64,000 nt of DNA from Octopus sinensis (GCF_006345805.1 NC_043006.1:93992001-94056000); one strand, 5' to 3'. Positions 12,946 through 27,521 are shown, counted from the stretch's first letter. Notes: generated by a model not told the origin, from the letters alone. Numbers and translations: made by a program.

Positions 12946-13519
12946 CTCTCTCTCTATATATATATATATAAATTACTATATTTTGAAATATAATTATTCG
13001 TTAGTTTAGCAGTTTCCAGGTTCACTGTCATTGCGTATATCCCCCAAAAAAACTATTGTAGTAACATTGTGCAAGTTCTAAAGTTCTAGAAAATACCTTT
13101 AGCAGCTGATTTTCTAAGCTACACCCTACCCTGGAAGACGTTAGTTATTTATCAGTCGGTGCTGGTACACTTTCGCACCTTCACAGTCGCCGCTCGTGTG
13201 TGTATATAAATACGTATAAAGTGTCTATATATTACATTACAAAACAGTTGAAGAGTAAGTAAGGAAACAAGGCTGTTCATTCATATAATTCTCTCTTTCT
13301 CTCTCTCTCTCCTTTCCTCCTCCTCCTTCTCTCTCTTTTGTTTTTGTTTAATTTTATTATTATTTTGTTTGTGGTGGTTTTCAATGGCTTCCTTGCATAA
13401 TCGTATATACACAATTACACACGTTTTAATGTGTCTGTGTTCGCACGCAATGAACGAGTGAGTGTGTGCATGTATGTGAGTGTGTGTATGTGCATGCGTG
13501 TATATATATATATATATAT

Positions 13520-13745
13520 TTCTTTACTGCCCACAAGGGGCTAAACTCAGAGGGGACAAAGAAGGACAGACAAACGGATTAAGTCGATTACATCGTCCCA
13601 GTGCGTAACTGGTACTTTATTTATCGACCCCGAAAGGATGAAAGGCAAAGTCGACCTCGGCGGAATTTGAACCCAGAACGTAACGGCAGACGATATACGG
13701 CTACGCATTTCGCCCGGCGTGCTAACGTTTCTGCCAGCTCGCCGT
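13520..13745 (-). mobile_element. Near-complete, CpG-rich SINE family B copy
   Basis: Head GGCGAGCTGGCAGAAACGTTAGCACGCCGGGCG to tail CCCCTTGTGGGCAGTAAAGAAA; about 20 CpGs retained (hand count). Confidence 0.85.
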
Positions 13746-13849
13746 CCTATATGTGTGTGTGTGTGTAGGTGTGTGTGTGGTGTGTGTGTGTGTGTGCATA
13801 AACAACAATGCACAGTAAGTCCCATAATGGTAGAATCTGAGAAGTAGGA

Positions 13850-14120
13850 AGTTCGAATGGTATTCCGGGTGGTGTTCGGTGGTAAGGTGGTTCTTGAGAG
13901 GTGGCAATAGTCCAAGAAGTTGGTCGGAAAGGAAACTAGAATGCGAAAGAGAAAGAGGTTCAATCAGGCAGGATCAAACTGGGGTGACCACGTGCGCGAA
14001 GACTATACGTGGTCCAAAAATACACACACATGGGTGAAAGAACGAAGCGAAAAAACAATATTGCCAGGTTGCTACCCCCACCGCCAGCCCAATTCCTTCC
14101 TCTTCCGGTCAGTTCCAACA
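13850..14120. promoter_or_regulatory. Candidate CpG-retaining promoter region
   Basis: Non-repeat and CpG-retaining; E-box CACGTG inside an 8-bp inverted repeat (GACCACGT...ACGTGGTC); ETS-like CTTCCGG at 14102 overlapping Inr-like TCAGTT at 14108. Confidence 0.3.
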
Positions 14121-15769
14121 TGTAATGGTTTATTCAGACACGTTTCTTTCTCTCCATTCTCTTCTCTCTTCATCTGTTTATTTTCCTCATTCCACTCTGT
14201 AGAAGGAATTTGGAAAGAAAACGTTAAAGACTTCTTCCATTTTTTTCTTTCTCAACGTTAAATTAAATACATTCTGTCTGTTTTTTCACCTCATCTTTGT
14301 GTGGTGGTGTGTGGGAGGTGTATTTTCGTGTCGGGATCGCAATCATGGTGTAGTGAGTTCGATTCCCGGACCGGGCTGTGCTGTTTTCTTGTGAAAGACA
14401 CTTTATATTGTTAACTTAGGGGTATATGTACATTCGTTTCCCACAACTTAATGCTTTTTATCTTAAATCCCTGGCCCAGCCGGTTTCGAGTAGTAACGGA
14501 AATAAGTGGGCGAAACTACAAAGACATTCCGGACTCCGACTGAAGAGGCATTTGGCTGCGAATGATCCATGTATCTTGTTTTGTCCTGTTTGCCGTTGTC
14601 GTGCTGTCGTCCTTGTTTCCGCATGTTGTGCTTTGACGGTTTCTGTTTGTTATATTCTTTCTGTTCTACCTTTGATATGTGTGTGTGTATAACATATGTA
14701 TATATTCAAATACACACACACACATACACACGGTGGTTGTTTACTCGTAGATGCATGTGATGACGATGATGATGATGATGATGATGATCATCATCATCAT
14801 CATCATCATCATTTAACCTTTGTTTTCCATGCTTCCATGGGTTAGACGGTCTGACCGCAAAGCCGAAGGGTTCCACTAGACTCCAGTCGTCTATTTTGGC
14901 ATGGTTTCTATGGCTGGATGCCCTTCCTAACGCCAGCCACTCCAAGAATGTAATAGCGAGAGCGTTTCACGTGACACCAACTCGGATGCCTTTTACGTGA
15001 CGCCGGCAGAGGCGTTTTTCACGCGGCACTGGCACTGACAGATTATCTTATCCTAGGTTTTAAAGGCAATGAATATCAGCAATGCCCATGCAGAATTTCA
15101 GCTTGAGCAACACCATTAAGCGAAGGAATCCAGCCAAAAAGGATCAAGAGCAAGGTCTCTGGCTTCACAATGAAAAATGTGTTATTTCGGAATTTCCTTT
15201 CTCCCAGAGAGGAAGCTAAATACAGAGCAGGTGTCTAGCGCCGGCAGCACATAAAACCACCCTCCTTACTAAGAATGCTTGGGGAGTTTGTTGGCTTAGT
15301 GGCAAATAGGCCGACCATGCGACAGTTTGTGTTGGATGACATGAGCAGTAGTACTAAGATGACCTGATATACACACAGACATACAAATAGATAGACAGAC
15401 AGACTGACACACTCACATGCGTATGTCTCTGTTTGGGACAGTCCTGGTTTAAAGGGTGCACCCCTGTTTACTGTTTGGTGAGTAAATCCGTCCGGTTTGA
15501 CACAGAAATGTCCCTGCATGTCCCAGTTATGGTTCAAAGTATTAAATTCCTCAATCAGGGTCAACTGAAAGTGTTGAAATTAGCAACGAGTCCGTCGTCA
15601 TGTCATGCACACCTCAGATTGAAACTAATAGACATATTCATTTTTGGAACAGTGAATCTCGAAGCATGTAAAGCTATAAATAATAGCATGTAAATAGTGG
15701 GCTGAAAGAAAATCCTTTTCGATCGAAAAATTTGAAGGCTGCCTTTCATCATCATCATCATCGTCATCG

Positions 15770-15803
<34 letters not shown>

Positions 15804-16879
15804 TGTCAACGTCGACGTCGTCGTCATCATCATCATCATCATTATCAAATGTCCGTTTTCCATGCTGGCATGGGTTGGACGGTTTGACAGGAGCTGGCCC
15901 GCCAAAAAGCTACACTGTTATCTGTTTTGACATAGTTACTGCAGCTGGATGCCTTTCCTAATACCAACGATTTTACAGGATGTACTGGATGTTTTTTTAT
16001 GTGGCACCAGCACAAGTGCTTCTTTTTTTCTTGTCACTGGCACATTTACGTAACACCAGCACAGTCACAGGTGCTTTTTATGTGACACCAGCACTCTTTA
16101 CATCTTATAATATTCACAAGGCGGCATAGCATTGCCTCAAGTTCGACCAAAGTAGGAATACAGTAAATATAGGAATAAAGTGTTTTTTAACTTATTATTT
16201 TAATTTTTCCTTTTTATTTCTAAGATCCCAAATGCAAGACGTGGCACTTCCAAATATGTGATGCTTAACGTGATGGCTTGAGCTGCTGGTATCTTCAGAG
16301 AGGCCTCATTAGACTGGTAAGGTACCACATACAGAAATTAATGTAAATTAGAAACGAATAGTTGAGAAGAGTAAGGTTTATTAAAAGCTTGTTACAAGAA
16401 TAAAAGACATTAAAACAAAACCATGGGATTCATTGCCAAAAAAAAAAAATGATTACAGATTCATTAACCATCTCAGATATGGTATTATAGTTTTGATGTA
16501 ATAAAATACGAGTTAAGTGTGTTTAAAACACTCAATAACAAAACCAGAACACTTCTCTCTCTATTCCCAGCCAACTTATACCAAAGCTAGCTGTGGTAAG
16601 AAGCATGGTTCCCAACCCCATGGTTCTGGGTTCAGTCCCATAGCATGGCACCTTGGGTGAGTGTCTTCAATTATAGCCCTTGGCTGGCCAAAACCTTCTG
16701 AGTGGATTTGGCTGAGAGAAACTGAAAGAAGCTTGCTGTATGTATGTGTGTGTGTCTTTGTGTTTGCCCCTCCCCTCACAACTGCTCGGTAACTGGTGAT
16801 GGTATGTTTATGTCCTCAAAAAGGGACCAATAGAATGAGTACCAGGTTTTAAGGGGATTAAAATGACTAAAGCAAGTAA

Positions 16880-17345
16880 AAGAAGATATGTGGATCTGGT
16901 CAAACTGGTGGCTGAACTTTAGGCAATGCCATGCCTCTACACAAAGAAGATGAATTTGGTGAAACAGATGAGCGACTGAGAGCTGCTAAAGCAACTGAAG
17001 ATCTTCTCCCTGGAGAGAAGACAGAAAAGGTATGCAGGGATGTACATAGGGAAGATCCTGGAGGGTCCAACTCCCAACATTGGGATTTAAAGCTTTACCA
17101 ACCACTGAACTGGATGGCACTGTACAGTATCAACGATCCCAATTATTCTGTCTAGAATAAGGACCTATACTGTAACAGGTTGGGTTTCAAGGGTCCACAA
17201 CTATTAAACATTCTGCCAAACAACTTCGGAGATTTGCATGGTGAAAAGTGAAGGTCTTCAAAGAACATCTGGACAAATTTCTGTCTGAAATCCCGGATGG
17301 ACCTTTATCGCAACAGGAAACACAAAGAACTCGCTACTTCACCAG
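16880..17345 (+). mobile_element. Degraded CR1/L2-type LINE, 3' end of ORF2
   Basis: Frameshifted LKQLKIFSLERRQKRY...KILEG and NRLGFKGPQLLNILP...VFKEHLDKFLSEIPD, typical of the CR1-group RT C-terminus. Confidence 0.7.
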
Positions 17346-18937
17346 GAACAGTGCAGAAAAGGAACCCAGTCCCACTGAAAGGTAGTACTCCAGCATGGCC
17401 TCAGCCTCTTGCTGAAACCAATAAAAGATAAAAACACACACACACACACTCATGCCTACATACCGCATACTTACTCATACAGGATGAGGGGCCTGATATT
17501 AATCGCAATAAATTCTTTTGAGTAAGCTGAGATTAACAGATTAATGCAGTGATCTTCAAGCATTTCCTTTTGTGGAAACCTTACCAAAAATGTCTTCCAT
17601 TATTTGTTCTGACTTTTTATGTTTTTGGCTAAATTCCAATGAGTCTATTTTACCATTCATTCCTCCAAACACAACAAAATAAAGTACCAGCCAAATAATT
17701 CAATATAGTTAATCAATACCTTCAATGCCCTAACCCTCCCCTCAAAATTACTGGCCTTGTGCTTAAATTAGAATCCATTGTAGAAACCCTTGTGCAGATA
17801 CCCTTTATTTACAGGCCCCATACCTACATAATTATGGACACCCCACACCACCATTCTAATATTTGTTTAAATTTTGGTGAAGACCAATAGTTTCAGAGGA
17901 AGGGTTAAGTTGATTGTATGGACCCCAGTGCATGACTGGTACTTAGTTTATCAACCCCAAAAGGATGGAAGGTAAAGTTGACCCTATCAGAATATGAACC
18001 CAGAATGTCAGATGGACAAAATACTGCTAAGTATTCTGTCCAGCATGCAAATGATTCTACTAGGGGCCATCCTCATATTAATGAGACATTAAATGAAACA
18101 AATATAAAGGGTAAAAAAATGTGTTAGTTGTAAGTTTCGAAAAGGAGAATAAAATTCCCCTTTCTCTGTAAATAATTGTTTTATAAAATTTGATCCTTTT
18201 ATGATCAGAAAATCATCATCATCATAATTGCCTGCCATCACCACTACCACCACTACCACCACCATCATCATCGTCACCATCATCATTACCACCACCACCA
18301 CTGCCACCACCACTACCACCACCATCATCATCATTGCCACCACCACTACCAACACCACCACCACCACCACCACCACAACCACCACTACCATCATCATTAT
18401 CATCACCACCATCATCATTACCAGCACCAGCACCAGCACTACAACCACTACCACCACCACCACCACCACCTTCACCATCATTGTCATCAACATCATCATT
18501 GTCATCATCATTGCTATCATCATCATCACCATCATCACCATTGCTGCTACCACCAGGATCTGATGTGTCCAAGGATTGAATCAATCTCCAATATCTGTTT
18601 TGGAATGGTTTCTATGGCTGGATGCCCTCCCTAACATCACCCACTTTACAACATGGCCTGGGTGCTGTGGAAATATTAGCAACATTTTGGCAATTTTGTG
18701 GCAATCCTTTTGAACAAGTACCCAAACCCTGTCTTGCATATTTTTTTTTTTTCGAAAAATTTATTCTGATTTCTAAGTTTTCAACAATGGAGATCACAAT
18801 TTTATCAAAAAATATAAAATATCCCCTTTTTAAATTCTTTATTTCCTCCCACTAATCCCCAATTTTTTAAACCCTTTTGTTACTGTATTCATTTTGAAAA
18901 GCTCTGTATTTCTTTCAATTAATTTTAAATATAATAG

Positions 18938-19330
18938 GTGCAGGAGTGGCTGTGTGGTAAGTAGCTTGCTTACCAACCACATGGTTCCAGGTTCAGTTCC
19001 ACTGCATGGCACATTGGGCAAGTGTCCTCTACTACAGCTTGGGCTGACCAAAGTCTTGTGAGTGGATTTGGTAGATGGAAACTGCAAGAAGCCCATAGTA
19101 TATGTATATATATATTTGTATGTGTGTGTATATGTTTGTGTGTCTGTTCGTCCCCCCAACATTGCTTAACAACCGATGCTGGTGTGTTTACATCCCTGTA
19201 ACTTAGCAGTTCAGCAAAGGAAACCGATAGAATAAGTACTAGGTTTACAAAGAACAAGTCCTGGGGTCGATATGCTTGACTAAAGGCAGTGTTCCAGCAT
19301 GGCCACAGTCAAATTACTGAAACAAGTAAA
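18938..19330 (+). mobile_element. Full-length SINE family A
   Basis: GGTGCAGGAGTGGCTGTGTGGTAAG head, internal TA/TG tract, tail ending GAAACAAGTAAAAGAG. Confidence 0.85.
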
Positions 19331-20665
19331 AGAGTATAACAAAGAATTTAGTAAAATAACTTAGTTGTCATTAAGCTGTTATTAGGAACATAAATTGTGA
19401 CTAAGGTTTGGTGGGAGACTTTTATTCAAAACTTATGAAAACAAGACATTTATGCTCAGAGCCAGAGGCATTTTCAAGTAAAGGTAAAGTTCTTTTCCCA
19501 ATATTTTTTCTTTTTTTTTTCTTTTTTCTTTAATTCCGTGTTTGAGAAAGAATTTTAGACAATTTCAAATTTTCATGATTGTAATACAAAAGAATCTCTT
19601 AAATATTATAAGTGATGCCTAAACAGATTGCCAGACATTTCTAGAAACTCTAAGGGATGTAATTTAACACCACAAGGTATTTCGTCATCTGCTTTTTCTA
19701 GGAGAGAATCAGTCATAGAATAACGAAGAGATGATGGTAATTTAAGAGAATCGAAACCGTGTCAGTTTTCCTCCATCTCTTGTAGCAGAAAGACCTTCGT
19801 CTTTTGAATATTTTCCAGAAACCAAGTAAAACAAAACATATCGGTGTCAATGTTTATACATGCACACATATGTAAACATTATATATATATATATATATAT
19901 ATAGGTATACATACATGCATTGTGTGTGTGTCTGTGTGTGTCTGTATTGACTCTCCTGATTTGACAAATGGCATTGGTTTGTTTATGTGCTATGATATGT
20001 TTTGGCAAAAAGAGATGGTGGAGGTAATAGCAAATTTTTACATACACACACACGCACACACACATGCACACACACTCGTACACACACATGCACGCACACA
20101 CACTCACTCATACACACACACACACATGCATGCATGCACAGACACACATGCGCACACACACACACACTCATGCACATACAGACGCACGGACGCACACACA
20201 CACACATGCACACATGCACACACACTTGTACACACACATGCACGCACACACATTCACTCATACACTCATTTTTACATACACACACATGCACACACACATG
20301 CACACACACTCGTACACACACATGCATGCACACACACTCACTCACACACACACACATACATGCATGCACACACACATTCATACACACGCACATGCATGCA
20401 CACATATGCACACACACATGTGAATATGTATATATATATATGTAAATATTGGTGTCAAATTTCTGCACAAGGCCACCAATTTCAGCAAAGAGGCTATTTC
20501 GATTACATTGACTCCAGTGCATAACTGGTACTTCTCTTATTGCCCCTGAAAGGATGAAAGGCAAAGATGAACTTGATGGAATTTGAACTGAGAATGTAAA
20601 GACAGATAAAACACCGCTAAGTGTTTTGCTTACAATTCTGCCAGGTCACACCCTTTATATGTATA

Positions 20666-21503
20666 CTAGCAGTATTGCCCGGCTCGTGCGCTCGTGCGTT
20701 CTATGCACACGCAAATTAAGCTAAACTTGGATGAAGTTCAATCAAAATTCAATTATTTTGGTTTTAAAATCAAGCATTTAATGCCCTCTATTTTTGCGCT
20801 TATGTGTTCCATTTCCTCAATAGGAAGTACGTAGAAGCGATTCATAAATTTTTGTTGATCAAATAATTGCATTGTTGAATTATTCTTTTAGATCAGTATT
20901 TCTCAACGGGGATTTCAGGGGAGAGTTTCAGGGAGTCGCTGGCGATGTATCGTGATGATCAAAAATCCAGCCTGCTAAAATTTGGTTAAAGTGATTCAAA
21001 CTGCAGACTCAGCGCAAAATGGTCACATTTAATTCAAAGCATTAAGAATGTTATGAAAACAATTGGTATGTGTTCACAAAGTCCAAATGATTAATATGAA
21101 AAAACCCTCCAGGCTACATTCCGAAAATTCATTTCTTTGCCGAATTTCTACAATGTTTATGGCGATTCGTTTTTATAACTTGATTTTTTTTATTTTTCAT
21201 GCAATTTACGCATGCTTTCATGCGTGGTGAACACAGTTCACGTCAAACAGCTGACTGAGTAAAGTTCACTATTCAATGCATGGGATAAGGCCTAAACAAA
21301 CACATTATCGATTTTTGCACTTGCAAGATGAATTTCAGAACAGAAATAACGCAGTTCAATTTTCATTCGCCTAAACTTTAAGTGACCCATTTTTGGTGGT
21401 TCTACGATTTGTTGGCTAGGAGGAGATGTGCCGGAAAGTTAAACATACAGACACACACACAGATACACACACAGACACACAAGTTGAGTTTTATATATAT
21501 AGA
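20666..21503 (-). mobile_element. Non-autonomous Helitron (family 3), ~840 bp
   Basis: Minus strand A|TC...CTAG|T termini; ~780 bp of it recurs at 32154-32938. Confidence 0.7.
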
Positions 21504-21574
21504 TGTGTGTGTGTGCGCATGTGCGTGTGTGTGTGCGTATGTGTGTGTGTGTATGTATATATATATAGGTACAG

Positions 21575-22360
21575 ATGTAGCAGTGTGGTAAGAAGCTTGT
21601 CTCCTAACCACATGGTTCTGGGTTTAGTCCCACTGCATGGCACCTTGAGCAAGTTTTCTCTGCTATAACTTTCAACCAACCAAAGCCTTGTGAGAGGATT
21701 TGATAGAAGGAAACTGAAAGAAGCCCATGTGGTAAGTAGCTTGCTTACAAACCACATGGTTCCGGGTTCAGTCCCACTGCGTGGCACCTTGGGCAAGTGT
21801 CTTCCACTATAGCCTCAGGCCGACCAAAGCCTTGTGAGTGGATTTGGTAGACGGAAACTCAAAGAAGCCCGTCGTATATATGTATATATATGTATGTGTG
21901 CGTGTGTGTTTGTGTGTCTGTGTTTGTCCCATCCAACATCGCTTGACAACCGATGCTGGTGTGTTTATGTCCCCGTCACTTAGCGGTTCAGCAAAAGAGA
22001 CCGATAGAATAAGTACTGGGCTTACAAAGAATAAGTCCCGGGGTCGAGTTGCTCGATTAAAGGCGGTGCTCCAGCATGGCTGCAGTCAAATGACTGAAAC
22101 AAATAAAAGAGTAAAAGAGTAAAAGAGATATATATGTATGTGTATTTGTGTCTGTGTTTGTCTCCCCCACCATCACTTCACAACTGATGTTGTTGTGTTT
22201 TGTCCCCAAAACTTAGCAGTTCAGCAAAAGAGACTGATAAAATAAGTACTCGGCTAGCAAAGAATAAGTCCTGGGATTGATTTGTTTGACTAAAGCTGGT
22301 GCTCCAGCATAGCCACAGTCAAATGACTGAAGCAAGTAAAATAAAAGAATAAAAGAAAAC
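21575..22360 (+). mobile_element. SINE family A cluster: head, full copy and extra tail in tandem
   Basis: Heads at ~21580 and ~21728, tails at ~21915 and ~22150. Confidence 0.8.
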
Positions 22361-22384
22361 AACATATATATATATATATACATG

Positions 22385-22690
22385 TGGAGTTGCAATGGCC
22401 CAGTGGTTTGGGCAGCAGACTCGTGGTCGTAGGATCACGGTTTCGATTCCAGACTGGGCGTTGTGAGTGTTTATTGGGTGAAAACACCTAAAACTCCACG
22501 AAGCTCCGGCAGGGGATGGTGGCGATCCCTGCTGTACTCTTCCGCCACAACTTTCTCTCACTCTTTCTTCTGTTAGCCTTCTCGCTTAGCCAGCCGGGTA
22601 GCGTCATTTGAAGGCTAAAACAATGTGAAGCGCATTGTGACCAGCGATGTGTAGAAACATCTGATAGCCTGGTCGGTCACTGTGTGGTCA
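22385..22690 (+). mobile_element. SINE family C (tRNA-derived head)
   Basis: GCAATGGCCCAGTGGTT...GGTTTCGATTCC A/B boxes; body shared with 46440-46715 and 46996-47380. Confidence 0.75.
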
Positions 22691-24814
22691 CTGTGATATA
22701 TATACATATCATAAATTCGTTTATGCTTAGCATTTGCAAATAAAGCTCCTATTTCAATATGCCAGATACCATCTAATGATACTGGCTTGTGTGAGTCAGT
22801 TTCTCAGGGTTGCATCATCGTTACACCAATATAATGGAGGATAAATATAATAACAATAATACCAGGATGGAATTTATAAACATTCAATACATCGCTATGC
22901 GGGTTTCCACAAATCACATGACTTTAACATCAGAGTCCGTATCCTTGGGATGATTACAGTATAGTCCGTAGTGTAGCCTGGTTGATCATCATCACCATCG
23001 ATTCATTTCATCAGATGATACCTAATCTGTTTTTCAAATAATTGTGTTTTCTTCTCCATTGGTTTTTCCAAAGCACACAGCCTCCCAGTGATTTGCTGAG
23101 AAAGAAATATTGAAAAATGGCATCATCTGTAGCTTAGATCAGTGTAGAATATAAACGTCCACACATGTACATATGTGTACATGTATGCACACACACACAC
23201 ACACACACACATAATACATACGCATGTGTGCACGTGCACACACACATACACACATGTACATATGTATATATGTGTGTACAAGTTGGTGTCTCCTTGCCTT
23301 GGCATTGCACAATTGTTGTAAACAAATGTCACTGTCATAAAGGTGGTGTTGTTTGTTTTGAATCTTCCGTGAAAACATGTCTGGTCACGGGAAATATTAT
23401 CTTACTTGTAAACAAGTGAGGATTGACAACAGGAAGGGCGGCTTCTGGTCATAAACATCTGCCATAACAAATTCCATCTGAATCAGGCAAGCACAGTAAA
23501 AGTTGACATTTAAGCAATGTTGTTGATGATGATGAAGGCAGTTTCTTTGAATCCAAAGTTTATGAGGAAGAGCAGTACATCTTCAAGTGGCCATGCAAAC
23601 TGATCTCTTGAATCTGCAGGGATGAGACTTAGTTCATGTAATGCGACTTAATTCTTTAAACATGGAAATCTGACCCCAGCGGGATAAGATGGCTGTGCTG
23701 ATCAGCAAACTGTCAGTTTTACATTGGAGTAACTTTTTCCTCGGTGAATTGTTCCACATAACCCTGGAGTCACTGGAGGTCATCAGACAACCTGAGCCAC
23801 ACTCTACTCCCTGATTTTCTGTTGGGGTTCACTGCTGTAGCCTTTTCTTTTCCCAGGGTACTCATGAGGAAACGAGTGCTTGTGCTTAGAGATTTTTTTC
23901 CATTACTTGCTAATGAAACCATAGTTGGGATCCTCACAAGTGCTGCTGCTCTGGGTCTGAGCAGACCTAGGAACATTAGTAGCTCAGAGGTGGGTCCACT
24001 TTTATCGAAAACCTTGAACTCCCAAGCCTAAATCCCACTATTTGATGCAGTATCTATCTATCTATCTATATATGTATGTATATAGCTTTTATTGAGGCAC
24101 TGGTTTGAAGGGTTCTGTCTATCGAATTCACTCACAAGGCATTGGTCAGCCTAGAGCTATATTAGAAGACACTTGCCTAAGGTGTTGTGAAATGGAACTG
24201 AATCCAAAATCACTTGGTTGCTAAGCAAGCTGCTTAACCTCACAACCATATATACAAGCACAAGCACACACACACACGAATGCACACATATACACCAACT
24301 CACTCTAACACTTTAGTGTGTTCTGAATTTTTCACAAGATCTTTTTACTCTTTTAGACACATGATAGTCTTAGATCAAAGGTGAGAGTCATCTCTGGCAC
24401 AAACACACCTCATCACCACCACCACCACCACCAAATCTTCTTCCCCGCCTCCTCCATTCCATAACTGTTTCTTCAAAAATTCCAGCTTTAGTTGCTTCTA
24501 GAACTTCAGTTCTGTTAAAACATGTAAACAGATGCTGCACATTGTTTCATAAACAGTCATTAAGGCGTATGCCTGTGGGTGTGTCTGAGTGTGATGCAAT
24601 GTGTGTGTGTGTATTCATGTGTTTTGAGTGTTCACTTCAATTCATTATGATTATTATATACAAAGACTAAGAAAAATTTAGTTTAAGTTTAGATAAACAT
24701 GAAGTGGAAACCTCTCTCTCTCTCTCTCCCCTTGTCTCTCTCTCTCCTCCCTCTCTCTCTCTCTCACTCCCCTCTCTCTATATATACATACATATGCATA
24801 TATATATATAATAA

Positions 24815-25070
24815 GATAAATGTGCCCTTTTAAAGCCTAGCCAGGCTCACGGGCCCGGTTTCCCGGTTTCTATGGTGTATGTGTTCCCCAGCTGGACGGG
24901 ACGCCAGTCCATCGCAGCGTTACTCATTTTTGCCTGTTGAGTGGACTGGAGTAATGTGAAATGAAGTGTTTTGCTCAAGAACATAATGCGTCGCCTGGTC
25001 CAGGAATTGAAACCACAATCTTACGATCATGATCCTGACATCCTAACCACTAAGCCACGTGCCTCCACAC
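24815..25070 (-). mobile_element. tRNA-headed SINE with V-SINE-like central domain
   Basis: Minus strand GGAGGCACGTGGCTTAGTGGTTAGG head and GCGATGGACTGGCGTCCCGTCCAG block recalling the V domain (recognised from memory, not aligned). Confidence 0.5.
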
Positions 25071-25078
25071 ACGCACAT

Positions 25079-25110
<32 letters not shown>

Positions 25111-25148
25111 GCGTGTGTATATATATGTATATGTATATATATCTATAA

Positions 25149-25188
<40 letters not shown>

Positions 25189-25639
25189 ATATATATATAT
25201 ATATGACTTAAGTCAACATTCTAATATCCTAAAGCTGATAAACCAACTAAATTGTTTCTCCATTTTCTTATTTGTAATATAAATTAATAGTAAAATATTT
25301 CTTTACCTTCACCCATTTAATACCATAAATGACTTAATTGCATTGCAATTAAAAACACTTGTATATTAATAATTTAATACCATAAATGACTTAATTGCAT
25401 TGCAATTAAAAACACTTGTATATTAATAATTTTGCTATTATAACAACAGTATATTGGATAAGTATTATCCCTTAGTGGGTTGGATCCACAATCCCTAACT
25501 TACTTGGTATATATATATATATTTAAAAATAGGATAAAATCTTCATAAGAATTTATCAAGTAGTTAGCGTGAAAACCTCATAAGATGCGTTTATTTATCT
25601 TAGTAGTTTTGACTTTAAGAGTCCCTCCTAGTGTGTAGC

Positions 25640-26080
<441 letters not shown>

Positions 26081-27521
26081 GCCCAAGGTGCCATGTGGTG
26101 GGACAGAACCTAGGACCATATGATTGGTAAGCAAGCTACTTGCCACACAACCAAAATATATATATTAAATATTATTTGCCAGCATCATGTGGCAGTCCTG
26201 GTTGAGACAAATGTTACTGTCGTTTGGCCCATTCATCTCAACCAGGACTGCCACACGATGTCTTTACTCTAGAGCATCGTTACTGAATGTGTCTCGTTGA
26301 GGGATTGGAAATGATAATGTTTATATATATATATATATATATGTTCTTTTATTCTTTTACTTGTTTCAGTCATTTGACTGCAGCCATGCTGGAGCACTGC
26401 CTTTAGTCAAACTAATCGACCCCCAGGAATTATTCTTTGTAAGCCTGGTACTTATTGTGCCGGTCTCTTTTGCTGAACCACTAAGTTACGGGGACATAAA
26501 CACATCAACATTAGTTGTCCAGCAATGGTGGGGATGACTTGCCAGTGCCGCTGGACTGACTCCTGTGCAGGTGGCAAGTAAAGAGACACCATTTCAAACC
26601 TGTGCTTGAGGAGACCTATTGAGTCAAGTATATCAACATCAAAAATCAATGGAAATTGTAGTTGTTATCCCTGTGCCGGTGGCACATAAGAAGCACCAAC
26701 TGATCATGGCCGTTGCCAGCGCCGCCTTGACTGGTTTCCATGTCGGTGGCATGTAAAAACCACCAACCAATCGTGGCTGTTGCCAGCGTTGCCTGGCACG
26801 TAAAAAGTACCCACTACACTCATGGAGTGGTTGGCGTTAGGAAGGGCATCCAGCTTTAGAAACACTGGCAGATCAGACTGGATCCTGGTGCAGCCTTCTG
26901 GCTTCCCAGACCCCGGTCGAACTGTACAACTCATGCTAGCATGGAAAACAGACGTTAAACGATGATGATGATGATATATATATATATATAAAATCATTTC
27001 CCTGCTTTCAAACAAACTAATATTTCTTCATGGCCAGACATCTTTTGGCAGAAGATTGGAAATAAATGACACTGCTTGTATGACAGTGACATTCATTTAC
27101 AACTATTCTATGCTATCAAGACAAAGAGACATAAATACATGTACACAAACACACACACACACATATAAAGAATGAATATCATTTCTATTTCCTGAGATTT
27201 GAAGCCGCATCTCAGAATTACTGGTTGCACTTTCGCCCACCAAATCAGTTTGCAGTGGAAAAACATCTTTGTCCTCTCAATTAAAACAATGATTGGTGAG
27301 TTTTTAATGACCAGCACAGGTCCTAGGGTTCAAGTGCTTCTTCATCAATGAATTGGGGTGGAGAGGATTTTACCACTTGTTTCGACAAGCAACAAGCAGG
27401 TAGATTTGGTTTCAAATCTTAGGCAGGGTGAAGCGAGGTCCCTACAAACAATGGGTTTCTTTTGCCACCATTTCCAGTGCAGAAGCCATCGTGGTAATTA
27501 CTGCAGTATAGATTGTTTCAA

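Noticed and set aside
14510-14570. CTGAAGA...GCGAAT hammerhead-like string
   Set aside because: GAAT instead of GAAA, and no consistent stems I and III.
23520-24030. Non-repeat-looking segment with 60-70 aa ORFs on both strands
   Set aside because: No recognisable domain or splice-bounded open frame.
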